From Eledone cirrhosa (taxonomy: Eukaryota): a stretch of 64,000 nt of DNA. The translations under genes and the position numbers were made by a program. The DNA lies in NCBI GenBank assembly GCA_964016885.1, contig OZ024743.1, positions 294,996,001 through 295,060,000 of the forward strand, written 5' to 3'. Positions within the stretch are counted from its first letter, which is position 1, and every line of letters starts with the position of its first letter. Shown here piece after piece: positions 42,713 through 57,564 of the stretch. Below the pieces are notes generated by a model. It saw only the letters and a program-made list of their open reading frames with translations, was not told where the DNA came from and did not search any database.

Positions 42713-42871
42713 GTATATATATATGTATATATATATGTATATATATGTATATATATATATGTATATATATGTATATATATATATGTATATATGTATATAT
42801 GTATATAAATATATATGTATATATGTATATATATATATATATGAGGGAGCTTATAGATAGGACAACACACG
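42572..42871. repeat. Perfect 31-bp inverted repeat enclosing a TA-rich tract
   Basis: CGTGTGTTGTCCTATCTATAAGCTCCCTCAT … ATGAGGGAGCTTATAGATAGGACAACACACG. Confidence 0.9.
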
Positions 42872-43585
42872 CTGTCTTTTCGTGGGGTAAGTTTTTAATT
42901 AATTTTTGTATTCTGAAACATCAAAATACAACAATTTGTTGGTCACTGGACTCGGGAATGTCACGACAGAAGTTTGTGGAAGTTACACAAATATTTTAGT
43001 ATATTTTAACAGAGCAATCCTTATTTATATTTTACATTTTACATTTACTTACATCTCAATATAACATGCCTAAAATTCAAATTTTGCAAAGAGAAGAAAA
43101 CGGTCAAATGAACTAGATACATCTCACTGTCCTCCGCAACTACAATAACGTCTACACTCTCTCCCCACCATCACATGTCATTACCCTATCTCGACTAAAG
43201 TCATCGACCTGTTGTCAAACTCTCTACTCTCTGTTGAATGTGTATATATATATATATGTATGTATATGTGTGTATATACATCACTCTGTCAAACGACCAG
43301 ATTTCAACCCCAACATCTACAACAACAACACCGGCACTAATGTTTACAGCAACAACACCTTCAGAATGAACTGATATGAACATTTACAACAACAACAACA
43401 GCGGAATCAAAAGATAAAAAAAAAGAACAAGAAGGGAAAAAAAACAAAAGAAAAAAATCAAAATAACAAAACACACACACACACGCACACAACACAACAA
43501 CAACATCAACTGCCACCACCACCACTACCGCCGCCGCCATCATCATCACCAGCGACCGGGCCTTAAGAAAACAACTTTAATAATA

Positions 43586-43732
43586 ATTGTTTCTACATTA
43601 GGCACAAGGCCAGCAATTATTCAGTGCATTACTGGTACTTTATTTTATCGACCCCGTAAGGATGAAAGGCAAAGTCAACCTCGGCAGGATTTGAACTCAG
43701 ATCGTAAAGGGACGTAACTATGCTGGAAAGCA
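43586..43732 (-). mobile_element. 5'-truncated SINE (Meta-like family)
   Basis: Reverse complement of family core and B box. Confidence 0.85.
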
Positions 43733-43833
43733 ATTATAATAATACTGGACTGTAGTACGATCGGCTTCAACTATACAAACTCTTGAAAGTCAACAGTTGA
43801 CATAATCTTGTAATCTTGTATCAGTAATGACTG

Positions 43834-43917
<84 letters not shown>

Positions 43918-44049
43918 ATGTAAGTGAGTAGAGTAGCGTGTGTATGTTTGTTTGTATGTATAAGTGTTGCTGTGTGCGCGCATATGTATTGGCGTGTGTG
44001 TATGTCGTACGTATAAGTGTCAATAAGTGATATTTTTTTTTTTTTTTCG

Positions 44050-44330
44050 CGCGGGGACAGAAATAATCGGGATGGATGCCCGATCGCGCAGTTAAACCAC
44101 TGGGAGTGAAGAACCCCTAGCCCTTGTCAGGGCATTCTTCTAGGAGAAGGCATCTCAGGAAACTGGGTTAACTCCGACATAAAACCTGCGGCTCAGTAGT
44201 TACCGATGATGTTGATCTTTTCTTCTTTTCGGGTTATAGCTACTGTCGCTCAGAGAGTGGGATTGGCTCAGTGCACAGTCTTTCCTCACTTTAAAAATAT
44301 TCGTCACGCACAGGCATTGCACGAATGCAT
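44050..44330 (+). mobile_element. RTE-type 5' UTR, probably belonging to the RTE at 48150-52045
   Basis: CCTTGTCAGGGCA…TCTAGGAGAAGG…AAAACCTGCG…TCTTTCCTCACTT shared with 22283-22625. Confidence 0.55.
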
Positions 44331-44351
44331 TAATAATTATTAATAGTGTAC

Positions 44352-44388
<37 letters not shown>

Positions 44389-47300
44389 GTTGTTATTCCT
44401 TGAATCTCAGTCATTGATGTTGGTTAACTGGAAAGTCCGTTGGATTGAATATCAAGCCACTACCTGCAGCCTCAGATATTCAGGACGTATCGGAGGGTTC
44501 TTGCTGTTCCAAGCAAGCATGCCTTTTGAAGCGTTCCAAAAAGCGTGAAGGGGCCGATTTTCTTTAACCATCCCTGGAAACTTTTGGAGATAGTCCCCAG
44601 TGCGCCTATGACAATCGGGATCACTTTGACTTCATGGCAGCTCCAAATCCTTTTCACCTCCCACTTTAGGTCCTGGTATCGGTTAATTTTCTCCCTCTCC
44701 TTCTCTTGCACTCTCGTGTCGAACGGGCAGGCCACATCCACAATCAGACACGATCTTTTTTCTTTGTCCACAACCACCAGGTCAGGTCTATTGTGTTCCA
44801 GTTTTTTGTCCGTCTGTATCCTAAAATCCCACAGCACCTTCACCTGATTGTTCTCCATCACCGCCTCTGGCCTATGCACATACCATTTCTCAGAATGTGG
44901 TAAATTGTTTACTTTGCACAGGTGCCAGTGGATCACCCTGCCCATCACATCGTGTCTCCAGCCCTTATAGTGGGTCTGGGCTAGGTGTTTACACTCGGAC
45001 ACAATGTGAGCCACAGTCTCCTCTCTCTCGCCACAGATCCTGCACAGTGGGCTAGCCTCCTCCTTGTAAATATGGTGCTTCAACCACTTCGTTTTGAGGG
45101 CCTGCTCCTGCGCAGCCATTAGCATTCCTTCTGTAGCCTTTTTGAGGTCTCCTCTTCTCAACCAGTTCCATGTCTGTGGATCTCTAAATTCAGTTTTCTC
45201 AAAGAAGGTACTATGAAGGGATTTTCCCTTAAGGCTGCTCTTTCTCCTTGATGTTATTTCCTCCTTGGACATCCCCTGGCCTACTGTCCCCTCCTTCAGT
45301 ACAGTTCTGAGCATTGGCTCCTTACTATAGGTCACGTATTTGTATAGGTTGTTTTTCTCCATCTGAACACAGTCCTCTATGCTGATAAGACCTCTTCCAC
45401 CCTCAGATCTCCTTAGGTAGAGTCTATCGACATCACTCCTCTTGTGGAACATGTTGTAGATAGTCAATAGCTTCCTAGTCTTCCTATCCATTTCTTTTTG
45501 TTCAGCAACATTCCATCTCAGAATTCCCGCACTGTACCTAATAATAGACACAGCTCTGGAATTTACTGCGCTTATGGCATTTCTGCTGTTCAGATGTGAC
45601 TTCAATACGTTCCTTACTCTCCGAATGTATTCAGTTCTTAACAATTCCTTCATTTTTTTGTTCTTTATGCCATCAGCCTCCAGAACGCCCAAATACTTGT
45701 ATCCTTCCTCAGAGTCAATTTCCTTTATCATCTCACCTGTTGGTATCTGGATCCCGTTACTTCTGCTCAACCTACCCCTCCTCATCACAATGACTACACA
45801 TTTACCAATACCAAACTGCATACATATATCACTGCTGAAAATACGGACAGTGTCAACAAGCACATCCAACTCCTTCTCACTTTTCCCGAAGAGCTTAAGA
45901 TCGTCCATGAGAGGAGGTGATTGATGGTAAGCTCTCCTCTTCCCAACTTGTATCCTGCTCTCACTTTTCGCAGCATAATGGTCAAGGGCATCAGGGCAAG
46001 GACAAACAACAGAGGGGACAGGCTATCTCCCTGGAAGATACCTCTCTTGATCTTCACGCTTCCCAAGGATACTCCAGTTGATGTCAACTCTGTCTCCCAG
46101 GACCCCATACTCCTGCCTAGCAACTGTCTGATGTTATCTGCCACCCTGAAGATCTCCAGGCTTTTGGTGATCCAAGAATGAGGCACCATGTCAAATGCCT
46201 TTCTGTAGTCTATCTATCCCATGGCAAGATCAGTGTGTCTCCTCCTGCAATTCCCCATTACCATCTTATCAATAAGTAACTGGTCCTTTGTACCACGTGA
46301 CTTCTTTCGGCATCCTTTCTGTTCGTCCGGTAACAAGTTGTTTGTGTGGAGGTGATGGTAGATTTCCTCAGACACAATGCTCGTCAACAGTTTCCACATT
46401 ACGGACAGACATGTGATAGGTCTATAGTTGGTAACATCATTACCCTTGATTCGGTCTTTCATTATCAGAACTGTGGTACCTTTTGTCAACCACTCTGGCA
46501 CCTCACCCGACACCAAGCAGTCATTGAACATGGCCGTCAGCTTCGGGTGGAGGGATGTTAAATGTTTAATCCAATACCCCTGCACACCATCTGTGCCTGG
46601 TGATTTCCAGTTGGTTAGTTTTTTGGCCTGCCCCTTAAGAGTTTCAACTGTGATACTCAAATCAGTTTGTTGTTGTACCTGCTCACCGATCTCTCTCTGT
46701 ACTGTCTCAATCCACCCTGCCTGGACATTATGCCTAACATCCTGCTCCCATATTCCTCTCCAAAATGTTTTAGTGTGCTCCGCCCCAGGGATCAAGTCGT
46801 TGCCTCTTTCTTTCCCCTCAAGCTGTCCAAACAGCATCTTCTGGTTGTTGTCGAACATGCGGTTCTGTTTATACTGACTGACTCTGTTCTCGTATCGCCT
46901 GATTTTTGCACTCTTTGCTACAATGCGTTGCTTCAGTTCCTCTATGATAATATTTAGCTTTTTCCTCCTAGTTTTGTATTTTATTTCCAGTTCATTTTTA
47001 GTGCCTATGTTTTTTAGTGTCCCATTCAGTAGTGACTCAAGCTTTCCTATGTCATTTCTCATTTCCCCGATTTGCCCACTCAGTCGCTTCTTCCACCACG
47101 GCTCTGCTCTTTCTTGTCTGTTGTTTCCCCTCGCTTTTATACCAAGTAGTTTCCTCACCGTATTTGCTGTTGCTTTGAGGATATTGTTGCACTGGTGAAG
47201 GCTCCTCGCCTCAAGGTATGGGATGACTTTGTTTACCTTAGCTGTTGTTTCTTTTAACTTTTTCCTGTCTACAAATCTTAGGTTCATAGGTCTCCCACTA

Positions 47301-48083
47301 TCATTGTTCAATTCATCTACCACTAAATTTAGGATGTCAACCGAATCTTGTCCTAGCCCGTCAGCATTCATCTCCTCAGTGGCCGTATCTCTGTTCCAGG
47401 TATTATTTATCTCAGTATTCAGATCATTGTCTGCTTCGGGTGGTTCCTCCGTTCTCAGGACCTCTTCACCTTCATTTCCCACTGGCTCGCTTGTCTGGCA
47501 TACTACACCCGCCATCTCCAAGCCATTCTCTCTGCTCAGTTCCTCCAGTTCCAGCTCGCTTATACACCCATTAGTTCTTATTACCCGAGCCTGCCCGGCC
47601 AATTTTTGTTCATCTAATTTAAATAGACCAATCTCGTTCCAGATGTTATGCATCCGTCTCCTGTAGCCCCTTTCCTTGGGGTTACTTTTCAGGTAACATT
47701 GCATAACAGTTCTATTCAATTCTTTCGTCCAGTTGGTTCTGGCCCCTTTCCTTCTTCTTCTTCCTCCAACATCAGCAGTATTTGGTTGACAGTCAGGTTC
47801 CTGCTGCTGAGCCAGGGGGCACCTGTTGGGTGAGAGTCTGTCACATGACGTTCTAGTCTCCATTTCCCCGTTATTCGAACTGTTTATGTTCGATATTTAA
47901 ACACTCTTATCGAGGATTGGCGAATGTATGGTTACATAGCCATCTGTGGATCCGCCATTCCACTTGGCCCTTGTGTGGCATTATCACCACGCTGTATACG
48001 AACACACATAAACAAACAAACACACAGGCAGAAAGGGCCCCAAAAATGAATAAGCATAAGTTTCATTGTAATGTAGTGTTCGA

Positions 48084-48085
<2 letters not shown>
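44352..48085 (-). mobile_element. R4/Dong-clade non-LTR retrotransposon, near full length, in (TAA)n repeats
   Basis: ORFs 46214-47863, 45794-46189, 44472-45908: NYRPITCL, GIFQGDSLSP, MDDLKL, CCHC knuckle CRICGEREETVAHIVSEC, RLE RPDLVV…IVDVACP; (ATT)n on both flanks. Confidence 0.92.
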
Positions 48086-48122
<37 letters not shown>

Positions 48123-48149
48123 TATTATTACTTTTTATTTATTTTTTTT

Positions 48150-51100
48150 TTTTCCCAATTCAATGATGTTCCAGAACAATATAAAAGAGATAATTGGCAA
48201 TTTAGGTTCTGGAACAAAAAAGATCATTGGCAATAAGGGTAGGGGCCCCAGGTTTTCACAGCCTGGGCTCGCTCGTCATCGTGCCATTGTAATAGAGCCA
48301 AACAAGGCATTTACTCTTGGCTGCTGGAACGTACGGACACTGCTTGACAGGGATTCCTTGGGGTGTCCTGAACGAAGGAGCGCTCTTGTGGCAAAGGAGC
48401 TTCGACGTTACGATCCTGACATCGTGGCTTTATCTGAGACGAGGCTAGCTGGAGATGGTCATCTTACGGAATTTTGTGGAGAATATACATTCTTCTGGAA
48501 AGGAAGAGATGAAGGAACCAGAAGAGAGGCTGGGGTAGGATTTGCTGTTAAGACTGTGCTTGTGAACAAATTAGAAGAATTCCCAGTAGGGATTAGTGAG
48601 CGTCTTATGTCCATGAGAGTTCCGCTGGACAAGGGAAGATATGCTACCCTGGTGAGTGTGTATGCTCCAACTATGAGTTCTGTCGATGAGGAAAAGGTGT
48701 CCTTTTACCATGCCTTGAAAGGTGTTTTTAGAAATATCCCTCAGGCAGACAAAGTCATCGTGCTTGGTGACTTTAATGCTAGAGTGGGTAGGGATTTTAA
48801 CACATGGAATGTAATCGGAATGCATGGGGTGGGAAAGTGTAACAGCAATGGTATGCTCCTGCTGCAGATGTGTGAGGAGCTGGATCTGTGTTACCAACAC
48901 CATGTTCCAACAAAAGAACAAATTCAAGACCACATGGATGCATCCTGCATCTAAGGAATGGTATCTTTTGGACTACGTCCTAGTCAGGATGCGTCACAGA
49001 CAGGATGTGCAGTGTGTTCGTGTTCTTCGTGGAGCTGAGTGCTGGACGGACCACCGCCTGGTACGCGCAAAAGTGAGACTAATCACTAAATGTAAAATCC
49101 GGGCTCCTGGTGTTGCCCTGCCCAAAAGATTGAATGCTGCTCGTCTTAAGTATAAAAATGTGAAGAGGACATTGGAAGAAGAGATGCAGGCTGCAGATCT
49201 TGGTGAGGATTGGCCGACGCTTAAAAAGTCGGTTTATGATGTAGGCAGGCGTGTTCTGGGATTGGCGCAGAGGAAACATCAGGACTGGTTTGATGAGAAT
49301 GATGTACATATAGAAGACTTGTTGGCTGATAAGAGGCGTGCTCTGTCACGCTACTTGACGGCAAAACCACAGGAGAGGAATACGTTGCATGAGGAACTCA
49401 GGGATGTAAAATCACGTGTTAGGCGGAGTCTTTCTCAGATGAAGGATCAGTGGTGTAGTGAGAAGGCTGGTGAGATACAAACTGCGTCTGATTCCAATAA
49501 CACAAAGCTGTTGTACAGTCTTTTGCGTGAGGTTTATGGACCGTCTTCTTCTCTGGTGACACCGCTTCGCAGCAAGGATGGCAAAGAACTTCTTCGTGAC
49601 TCACAAGGAATTCTACGAAGGTGGCGAGAGCACTTTGATGATCTTTTGAATCAGCCGTCTGTCGTCAGTGAAGATTTCCTCAATCTCATTCCAGAAAGTC
49701 CTGTGAAAGTAGCTCTCGCAGAACATCCGACGCTTGTGGAGGTTGCAGTGGCTATTTCGAAGCTGAACAGTGGAAGATCTCCAGGTATGGATGGCATACA
49801 TGCTGAGCTCCTACAATATGGTGGTCAGAGACTCCTGCAACATCTTCACTCTTTGTTTGGCAGGATATGGGCTAATGAATCCGTACCTGAGGACTGGAGA
49901 GATGCAGTAATGGTGGTCTTGTACAAGGGAAAGGAAAACAGGAATGATTGTGGGAACTACAGAGGTATATCATTGCTTTCTCTCGTATGGAAAGTTTTAT
50001 GTAGGGTGCTTCTGGACCGTCTGCTGACACACATTGCATATTGTGTTCTTCCTAAAAGTCAATTTGGTTTTCGTGCTGGACGCGGCACTACTGATATGAT
50101 CTTCTCAGCTAGACAGCTCCAGGAGAAGTGCATGGAACAAGGCTTGGATCTGTATCAGGTTTTTGTCGATCTGACAAAATCTTTCGATACTGTTAACAGA
50201 GATGCATTATGGAAGGTTCTCCAGAAACTTGGTTGCCCTGATAAGTTCCTTGCTTTAGTTAGGTCTTTCCATGACGACATGAAGGCTTGGGTTAATGTCG
50301 GGGGCAACATGTCGGAGCCTATCTCAGTAAAAAAATGGAGTGAAACAGGTGGATATTCCAGCACCGACCCTGTTTGCCATATACTTAGCAATGGTTTTCT
50401 GTATTGCATTCAGGAATTGCGAGCATGGTGTTTACATCCGATATCGGACCTTAGGCAGCATATTTAACATCAGGCGCTTTGCTGCGAAGACAAAAGTATT
50501 TACATCAATCATAAGAGACCTCTTGTATGCAGATGATTGCGATATTGTAGCGCACACAGAGAGTGATATGCAGCACATTTTGAATGCATTTTCTGACGCT
50601 TGCACTGCCCTAGGTCTGACTGTCAGTCTCAAGAAAACGGTCGTCATGTACCAACCTGCCCCTGGTAAGCAGTACACTGAACCAAACATCTATGTGTATG
50701 GCAAACGACTTGGAGTGGTTGATCAGTTTGTCTACCTGGGAAGCACTGTCAATCGATACAGCAACCTTGACAGTGAAATCACACTTAGGATTAGGAAAGC
50801 AAGTGATGCTTTCGGAAAGCTAGAAAGGCGACTCTGGGGTCGGCGAGACATATGCAGGAGGATAAAGGTAAAGGTGTACAGAACATGTGTGCTCTCTTGT
50901 CTTCTTTATGCCTGCGAGACCTGGGTCACATATCGACACCACCTTAAGCAATTGGAGCGTTTCCATCAGATGTGTCTCAGACGGATCCATGGCGTTCACT
51001 GGAGGGACCACATCAGTGATGTCGAGATTTTGGAAAGCTCTATGTGTGACAGTATAGAAGCTCTTGTGCTTAAGCAACGACTCCGTTGGAGTGGTCACCT

Positions 51101-51813
51101 TGCTAGGATGAAGGATTCTAGAATACCAAAACAACTCTTTTATGGAGAGTTGGTTAAAGGAAAACGACCACCACATAAACCAAAAAAGAGGTATAAGGAT
51201 TCCTTGAAAGCCTCTCTGAAAGACGCTAACATCTCTGCTGATACATGGGAAAATATTGCTGCTGATCGTAATAAATGGAGAAAGACTGTATATGAGGGAA
51301 AAGTTGCCTTTGAGGCATCTCGAATCGCATACGAGAAAGTAAAGCGGGATGTGAGGAAGGGCATTGCTTTTGCACTTCCAGACGGCGAGGGTCCTCCTAT
51401 GGTGCTGATATGCAGCGTATGTGCGAGACTCTGCCTAAGCAAAGCTGAACTCAAAGTCATCTTCGCAGTCATAAAGTAAGACCAGTGGTTGACTACCAGG
51501 CTGCTGTTGGAGATGCTATTCATCATGTTTGCCAAACATGTGGTAGGGAATGTAAATCAGCAGGAGGGCTCAAGCGACATGCGAAAGTACACGAACTCCA
51601 AACACAGCCGACTATTCCCAGTGAATGTTTTGGTTGCCGACTATGTGCAAGACCTTTTAGAGCATTGGCTGGGCTAAAAAGCCACATTCGATCGCAGCGC
51701 TGTTAGTTGCTATCGTGCGTGTGTGTGTGTGTAGATATGCTTATGTGTGTGCGTGTGTGTGTATATATATATGTATATGTATATTATTATTGTTGCTGTC
51801 GTTATTATTATTG

Positions 51814-51848
<35 letters not shown>

Positions 51849-51867
51849 GTTATTAATGTTGTGTGTG

Positions 51868-51916
<49 letters not shown>

Positions 51917-51919
51917 ATA

Positions 51920-51950
<31 letters not shown>

Positions 51951-52045
51951 TTCTTTTTTTTTCTTTTTATTTATTTATTAATATTATTATTATTTTTTTT
52001 TCTTCTCGTGCAATGGCCATACTCGATAACGAGGGGGCAGCCATC
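48150..52045 (+). mobile_element. RTE-clade LINE (APE + RT + C-terminal zinc fingers) with frameshifts
   Basis: CWNVRTL, ALSETR, YAPT, LGDFNARVG; NYRGISLLS, FVDLTKSFD, LLYADD, LRWSGH; 3' end ATGGCCATACTCGATAACGAG…CAGCCATCAT. Confidence 0.92.
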
Positions 52046-52102
52046 ATATATATATATATATGTATATATGTATATATGTATATAAATATATATGTATATA
52101 TG

Positions 52103-52132
<30 letters not shown>

Positions 52133-52134
<2 letters not shown>

Positions 52135-52825
52135 GAAAGATTTGAATGGATACAGTTTAGTTGAAAGGAATTTATTGACACGTGTTTCTATAACAGTTAC
52201 ATAACCTAAAACAGCTGCTATCTACAAACTTTTAGTTATGCAGACATTCAATATTTCAATGTTATTATTTACTGTCATTTCATCAGAATAATATTACTGA
52301 GGACCTATTTAGTTTTTATAGAGAATATTAGGAGGGAGGGGTGAAGTTGTTAGAAGAATAGTTGAAGGAGTGGTTTTTCGATAGCAGTGAGAATTCTTGG
52401 TGGCAGTGAGTAATTAAATTCCCATCTGTTGTTTTGACATTTTTTATAGAATATATTATTGGTTATTTTTCTAAATCTATAGAAGGATTAGAGATAGTAA
52501 AGATATGCGTGGTTGGTTTTGTGTTTGCACTTAATTAACATTCAGACTTAAATTTTTCTTTCAAGTGTACGTATCCTTTCACCCACGCATTCACACACAA
52601 ATATATTTGCACACCTCTACAAAATACATATACTCACAATTCACATATTCATACTTACATATATATACACACATGTATTCATGTACATACATACGCGCTC
52701 ATGTGTATACATTTTCATACTCAACTTATCTTTATATACACACGTATAGACACACACATATATACATACATACTCTAGTCCATGTGTACACACATACACA
52801 TACATACACATCTATATACACATAT

Positions 52826-52885
<60 letters not shown>

Positions 52886-54914
52886 AGCACTTTAATACAT
52901 GAATACACTTACATCTAACTATACACATCAAACATATATATATATTTACTTATTTATATACATTTTCACATATATATACATACTTATGGACGTTTTTAGA
53001 CACATTCATTATCGCATATTTGCACCTATTCTCATCAGCATATCTTTCCATTATTAGTGTGGTAATTTAAGTTTATTAATATATGTTAAGAGATTGTTTT
53101 TATATTTTTCTAACTAGATTAAGGTTTATATAGTTGGGGGATGTCCCTCTTTTATGTAATATTCGGCTTGTAGTGGGAAAAAAGGGTTTTAGTTCTGTGA
53201 CGGCAGAATAATGTTCGTTCAATTCTGTTATTCAGCAGTTTCTTCTTGTGTGTGATTATGTAATAAATCTCAAGATTACACAATTTGCAGAAATTTTGGC
53301 TCCTGGAAAAGCTTTGGGTTTTAGCTAATTTCTCCCATTTTAGGATAAACTTTTGATCGCTATCCCTGAGCGTCCAAGCTTTTTCTGCTAAAGTTGTTAC
53401 ATTTCTTTGGCTCTGGTGTTTTATTGAGTAAGAATGCCTATACAATCGAGATTTAAATGATGTTGCCGTTGATCCCACGTAATACCACTCGTTGCCTCCG
53501 GATTTAATGGTACACTTATAAATAATATTTTTTTCCAGGCAGTTATTGCCGAGGGGGCAGTTGTCAGGATAGGTGCAGTTACAGTTGTGTACGTTGGGTT
53601 TTCTCTGGAGTAGTATTGCGGACGAACTTAGGTGTGGTTTATTTATGTTCTGTAGTGTATTGTCTACTGTTTTTTTTTGTGTTCTTTGTACTTAAGTTTT
53701 TAGTGTTTTCGTTTAACCTTCTAGTATTGATCTTTTTTATGTGTTGTTCAAGGTTTAACGCTGTAGAGTATGACAGTCTTATAGTGGTAGGGTTTAGGAT
53801 TTTGTGGTATTTGTGTGATGTAGGAAAATGTCTTTTAATTATTTTAAAGAAGAGTACTGGTAAATTTGTACTAATGGAACTATTGTATTCGGGGTTATAC
53901 CATAAGTACTCTTTGCATCGCTTTCTATTAGTTTTGTTTGTTGGTTTACTGGTGTGCATACTATGGTAGAAAGCGTGGTTTGGTGTTGTGTTATTATATC
54001 TACCTATGTGGGATTTATTTTGGGTGTTTTGATTGTTCCCATCTATGTACTCTATTTTGTTGAGGTAGCCTGCTTTACTAAGGGCGTTATCGTAGTACTC
54101 GGCGTGTTCCTTAAATACTTGTATGTTAGAAGATAGACCCGAGATTCTAAGGGAAATATTTTTAGGGATAGATTTAATTATAGAGATGGGGTGGTTAGAC
54201 CCAACATTTACGTATTTGAGATTTTCATTCAATTTATGAAACGGTTTAATCAAACCAGAGTTTAAATTGAGTGTGACATCCAGGAAGTTAACTACTTTAA
54301 GGTTGTATTCATATGTTATAGTTAGTCCTATTTCGAGTAGTAGTTTTCTTATATCTTTGCGTAGTTTTTCTAGTTTTTGGTTATTAAGGTTTTTAGCTAG
54401 GAGGAGAACATCGTCGCGGTATATTCCGCCGTGGAGATTGGTGAATTTTTCCTGGAGTCTAAAGGCGATAAATAACCCCACAATATCAGTTATTTCCGCC
54501 GAATCGTTAGAGCCCATTGTTATGTCAAAGTTAGAGGGTCTATCTTTACGTACCCAATAACTGTTCTCAAATTTGACTATAGTTTTCCTAGCTTCTAATA
54601 TAATCTTAATTTCATCGTTTCCCACCACAAGCCGAATATTACATAAAAGAGGGACATCCCCCAACTATATAAACCTTAATCTAGTTAGAAAAATATAAAA
54701 ACAATCTCTTCTCAACATATATTAATAACCTTAAATTACCACACTAATAATGGAAAGATATGCTGATGAGAATAGGTGCAAATATGCGATAATGAATGTG
54801 TCTAAAAACGTCCATAAGTATGAATATATATGTGAAAATGTATATAAATAAGTAAATATATATATATATGTTTGATGTGTATAGTTAGATGTAAGTGTAT
54901 TCATGTATTAAAGT

Positions 54915-54990
<76 letters not shown>

Positions 54991-55815
54991 ATATGTGTAT
55001 ATAGATGTGTATGTATGTGTATGTGTGTACACATGGACTAGAGTATGTATGTATATATGTGTGTGTCTATACGTGTGTATATAAAGATAAGTTGAGTATG
55101 AAAATGTATACACATGAGCGCGTATGTATGTACATGAATACATGTGTGTATATATATATGTATGCATGTGTATATATATGTAAGTATGAATATGTGAATT
55201 GTGAGTATATGTATTTTGTAGAGGTGTGCAAATATATTTGTGTGTGAATGCGTGGGTGAAAGGATACGTACACTTGAAAGAAAAATTTAAGTCTGAATGT
55301 TAATTAAGTGCAAACACAAAACCAACCACGCATATCTTTACTATCTCTAATCCTTCTATAGATTTAGAAAAATAACCAATAATATATTCTATAAAAAATG
55401 TCAAAACAACAGATGGGAATCTAATTTCTCACTGCCACCAAGAATTCTCACTGCTATCGAAAAACCACTCCTTCAACTATTCTTCTAACAACTTCACCCC
55501 TCCCTCCTAATATTCTCTATAACAACTAAATAGGTCCTCAGTAATATTATTCTGATTAAATGACAGTAAATAATAACATTGAAATATTGAATGTATGCAT
55601 AACTAAAAGTTTGTAGATAGCAGCTGTTTTAGGTTATGTAACTGTTATAGAAACACGTGTCAATAAATTCCTTTCAACTAAACTGTATCCATTCAAATCT
55701 TTCTATTTTTCTCCGGATTACTTTTGGAACTACAACTGGAACCGTCGAGCAAACTCTATGTGAGCTGATAATCTACTGTGTGTAATATTTATATTACAAC
55801 ACTACGGAAAATACT
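52133..55815 (-). mobile_element. Penelope-like element, 5'-truncated, with inverted pseudo-LTR
   Basis: RT 53639-54620 (ITMGSNDSA, GGIYRDD) and GIY-YIG 53152-53590; inverted arms 52133-53177 and 54621-55704; (TA)n on both sides. Confidence 0.93.
52172..52291 (-). ncRNA. Type I hammerhead ribozyme in pLTR; mirror copy 55547-55666 has mutated core CTGATTA
   Basis: TTATT-CTGATGA-AATGACAGT…(91-nt stem II region)…ACTGTTATA-GAAA-CACGTG-TC-AATAA; palindromic stem III. Confidence 0.78.
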
Positions 55816-55840
55816 GTATATATATATATATGTATATATG

Positions 55841-55898
<58 letters not shown>

Positions 55899-55900
55899 CG

Positions 55901-55966
<66 letters not shown>

Positions 55967-56036
55967 TATGTGTATATATATGTATATATCTTTATATATA
56001 TATATATATATATATATGTTTATATTTATATATATG

Positions 56037-56071
<35 letters not shown>

Positions 56072-56078
56072 GTATATA

Positions 56079-56153
<75 letters not shown>

Positions 56154-56186
56154 GTGTATACATATATAAATATGTATATATATGTG

Positions 56187-56217
<31 letters not shown>

Positions 56218-56334
56218 GTGTATATATATATATGTATATATATCTATATATATATGTATATATATATGTATATATATATGTATATATATATATATATGTA
56301 TATGTATATATATATGTATATATATATATTGTTA

Positions 56335-57564
<1,230 letters not shown>

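Noticed and set aside
47870-48085. HDV-like ribozyme at the R4/Dong 5' end
   Set aside because: Known for some related elements, but I could not build the nested pseudoknot by eye
53639-54664. Listed start codons of the PLE RT ORFs (54664 and 58579)
   Set aside because: They lie in the inverted arms; the elements are 5'-truncated and these N-termini are junction artefacts
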